In this document: positions 63,458 through 64,000 of the stretch, one piece after another | Layout of the letters: each line of letters opens with the position of its first letter | How positions within the stretch are numbered: the stretch's first letter is position 1 | NCBI GenBank assembly: GCA_051294375.1 | Contig: JBJCIZ010000028.1 | Location: forward strand, 613,623-677,622 | Reading direction: 5' to 3' | DNA length: 64,000 nt | From: Paraspadella gotoi | Lineage: Eukaryota > Animalia > Chaetognatha | The notes under the pieces: model-generated | The model's input: the letters and a program-made list of their open reading frames with translations, nothing else | Database searches by the model: none | Told to the model about the DNA's origin: nothing | Program-made: the position numbers and the translations under genes

Positions 63458-64000
63458 GACCTTCTTTTCGAATCGCGCAACGAATCGAAGCGATCGCAAC
63501 GGAAAAATAAACTGATAAACCTTGATAAATGAGAGAATTGATATACGGTTAAACATATAAATGCTGCATAATTCGGTAAATAAATTTTAGTCAAACATAG
63601 CATGTCAAAATAAAACAATTCTAGAATAATTCAATATCAATAAGGGAAAAAATAATATGATCGAGGAAATAAACATAATTGAAAACAGTTCACTCGACAA
63701 AGTGTCGATTTTCGCCACTGAGAAATTCGGGCACGGGTCTAACTGTCTATTCGTCTATTCATCAGGGACTCCCAGTACGTGTAGTTTCAGGTCATCAATG
63801 GAACGGGTCGCGTTCCAAAAAGCGGCGTTCCGCCTGTGGAACACCCGCCAGGAAAAGAGTTTCCAGGACAAACCAACTGACGACACTAAGTCGCCGGCTT
63901 GCGGGGAGTGAATGAGACCTCCCAGGGTCTCCTTTAGATGGATGGTTGCGATGGTAAGATCCGGATGCGGATCGTACGACCGTGGCGGCCTTCAAATCCA

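Overview
Compact, intron-rich animal genomic DNA with GC-rich exons, AT-rich introns, (GA)n/(CT)n microsatellites and three 10-N gaps. FEZ/UNC-76 indicates a metazoan; the species cannot be identified from this window. From 1 to 58.3 kb, 15 consecutive genes lie on the + strand: SELENOK (3' part, with Sec-UGA and a SECIS), RFT1, an AT-hook/HMG-like orphan, CHERP, THOC5, a zinc-finger gene, UTP11, RPS3, an orphan, PNN, FEZ/UNC-76, SAFB-like, COPS7, UBTF and MCMBP. Stop-to-start gaps are about 0.2-1.8 kb, and most start codons have an unpaired 3'-splice-site-like motif upstream, suggesting a long polycistronic, possibly SL-trans-spliced unit. Splice signals are relaxed: about a quarter of inferred acceptors are AAG/GAG, there are two GC-AG introns, and introns tend to have purine-rich 5' ends and C/pyrimidine-rich 3' ends. 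After about 58.5 kb the architecture switches to small, mostly intronless minus-strand ORFs, including a degraded CRESS-virus-type HUH Rep, a 470-bp duplicated coding segment and paralogous small membrane proteins, i.e. a probable virus-derived or mobile island. Gene models were spliced by hand and identities rest on remembered protein motifs; no searches were run.
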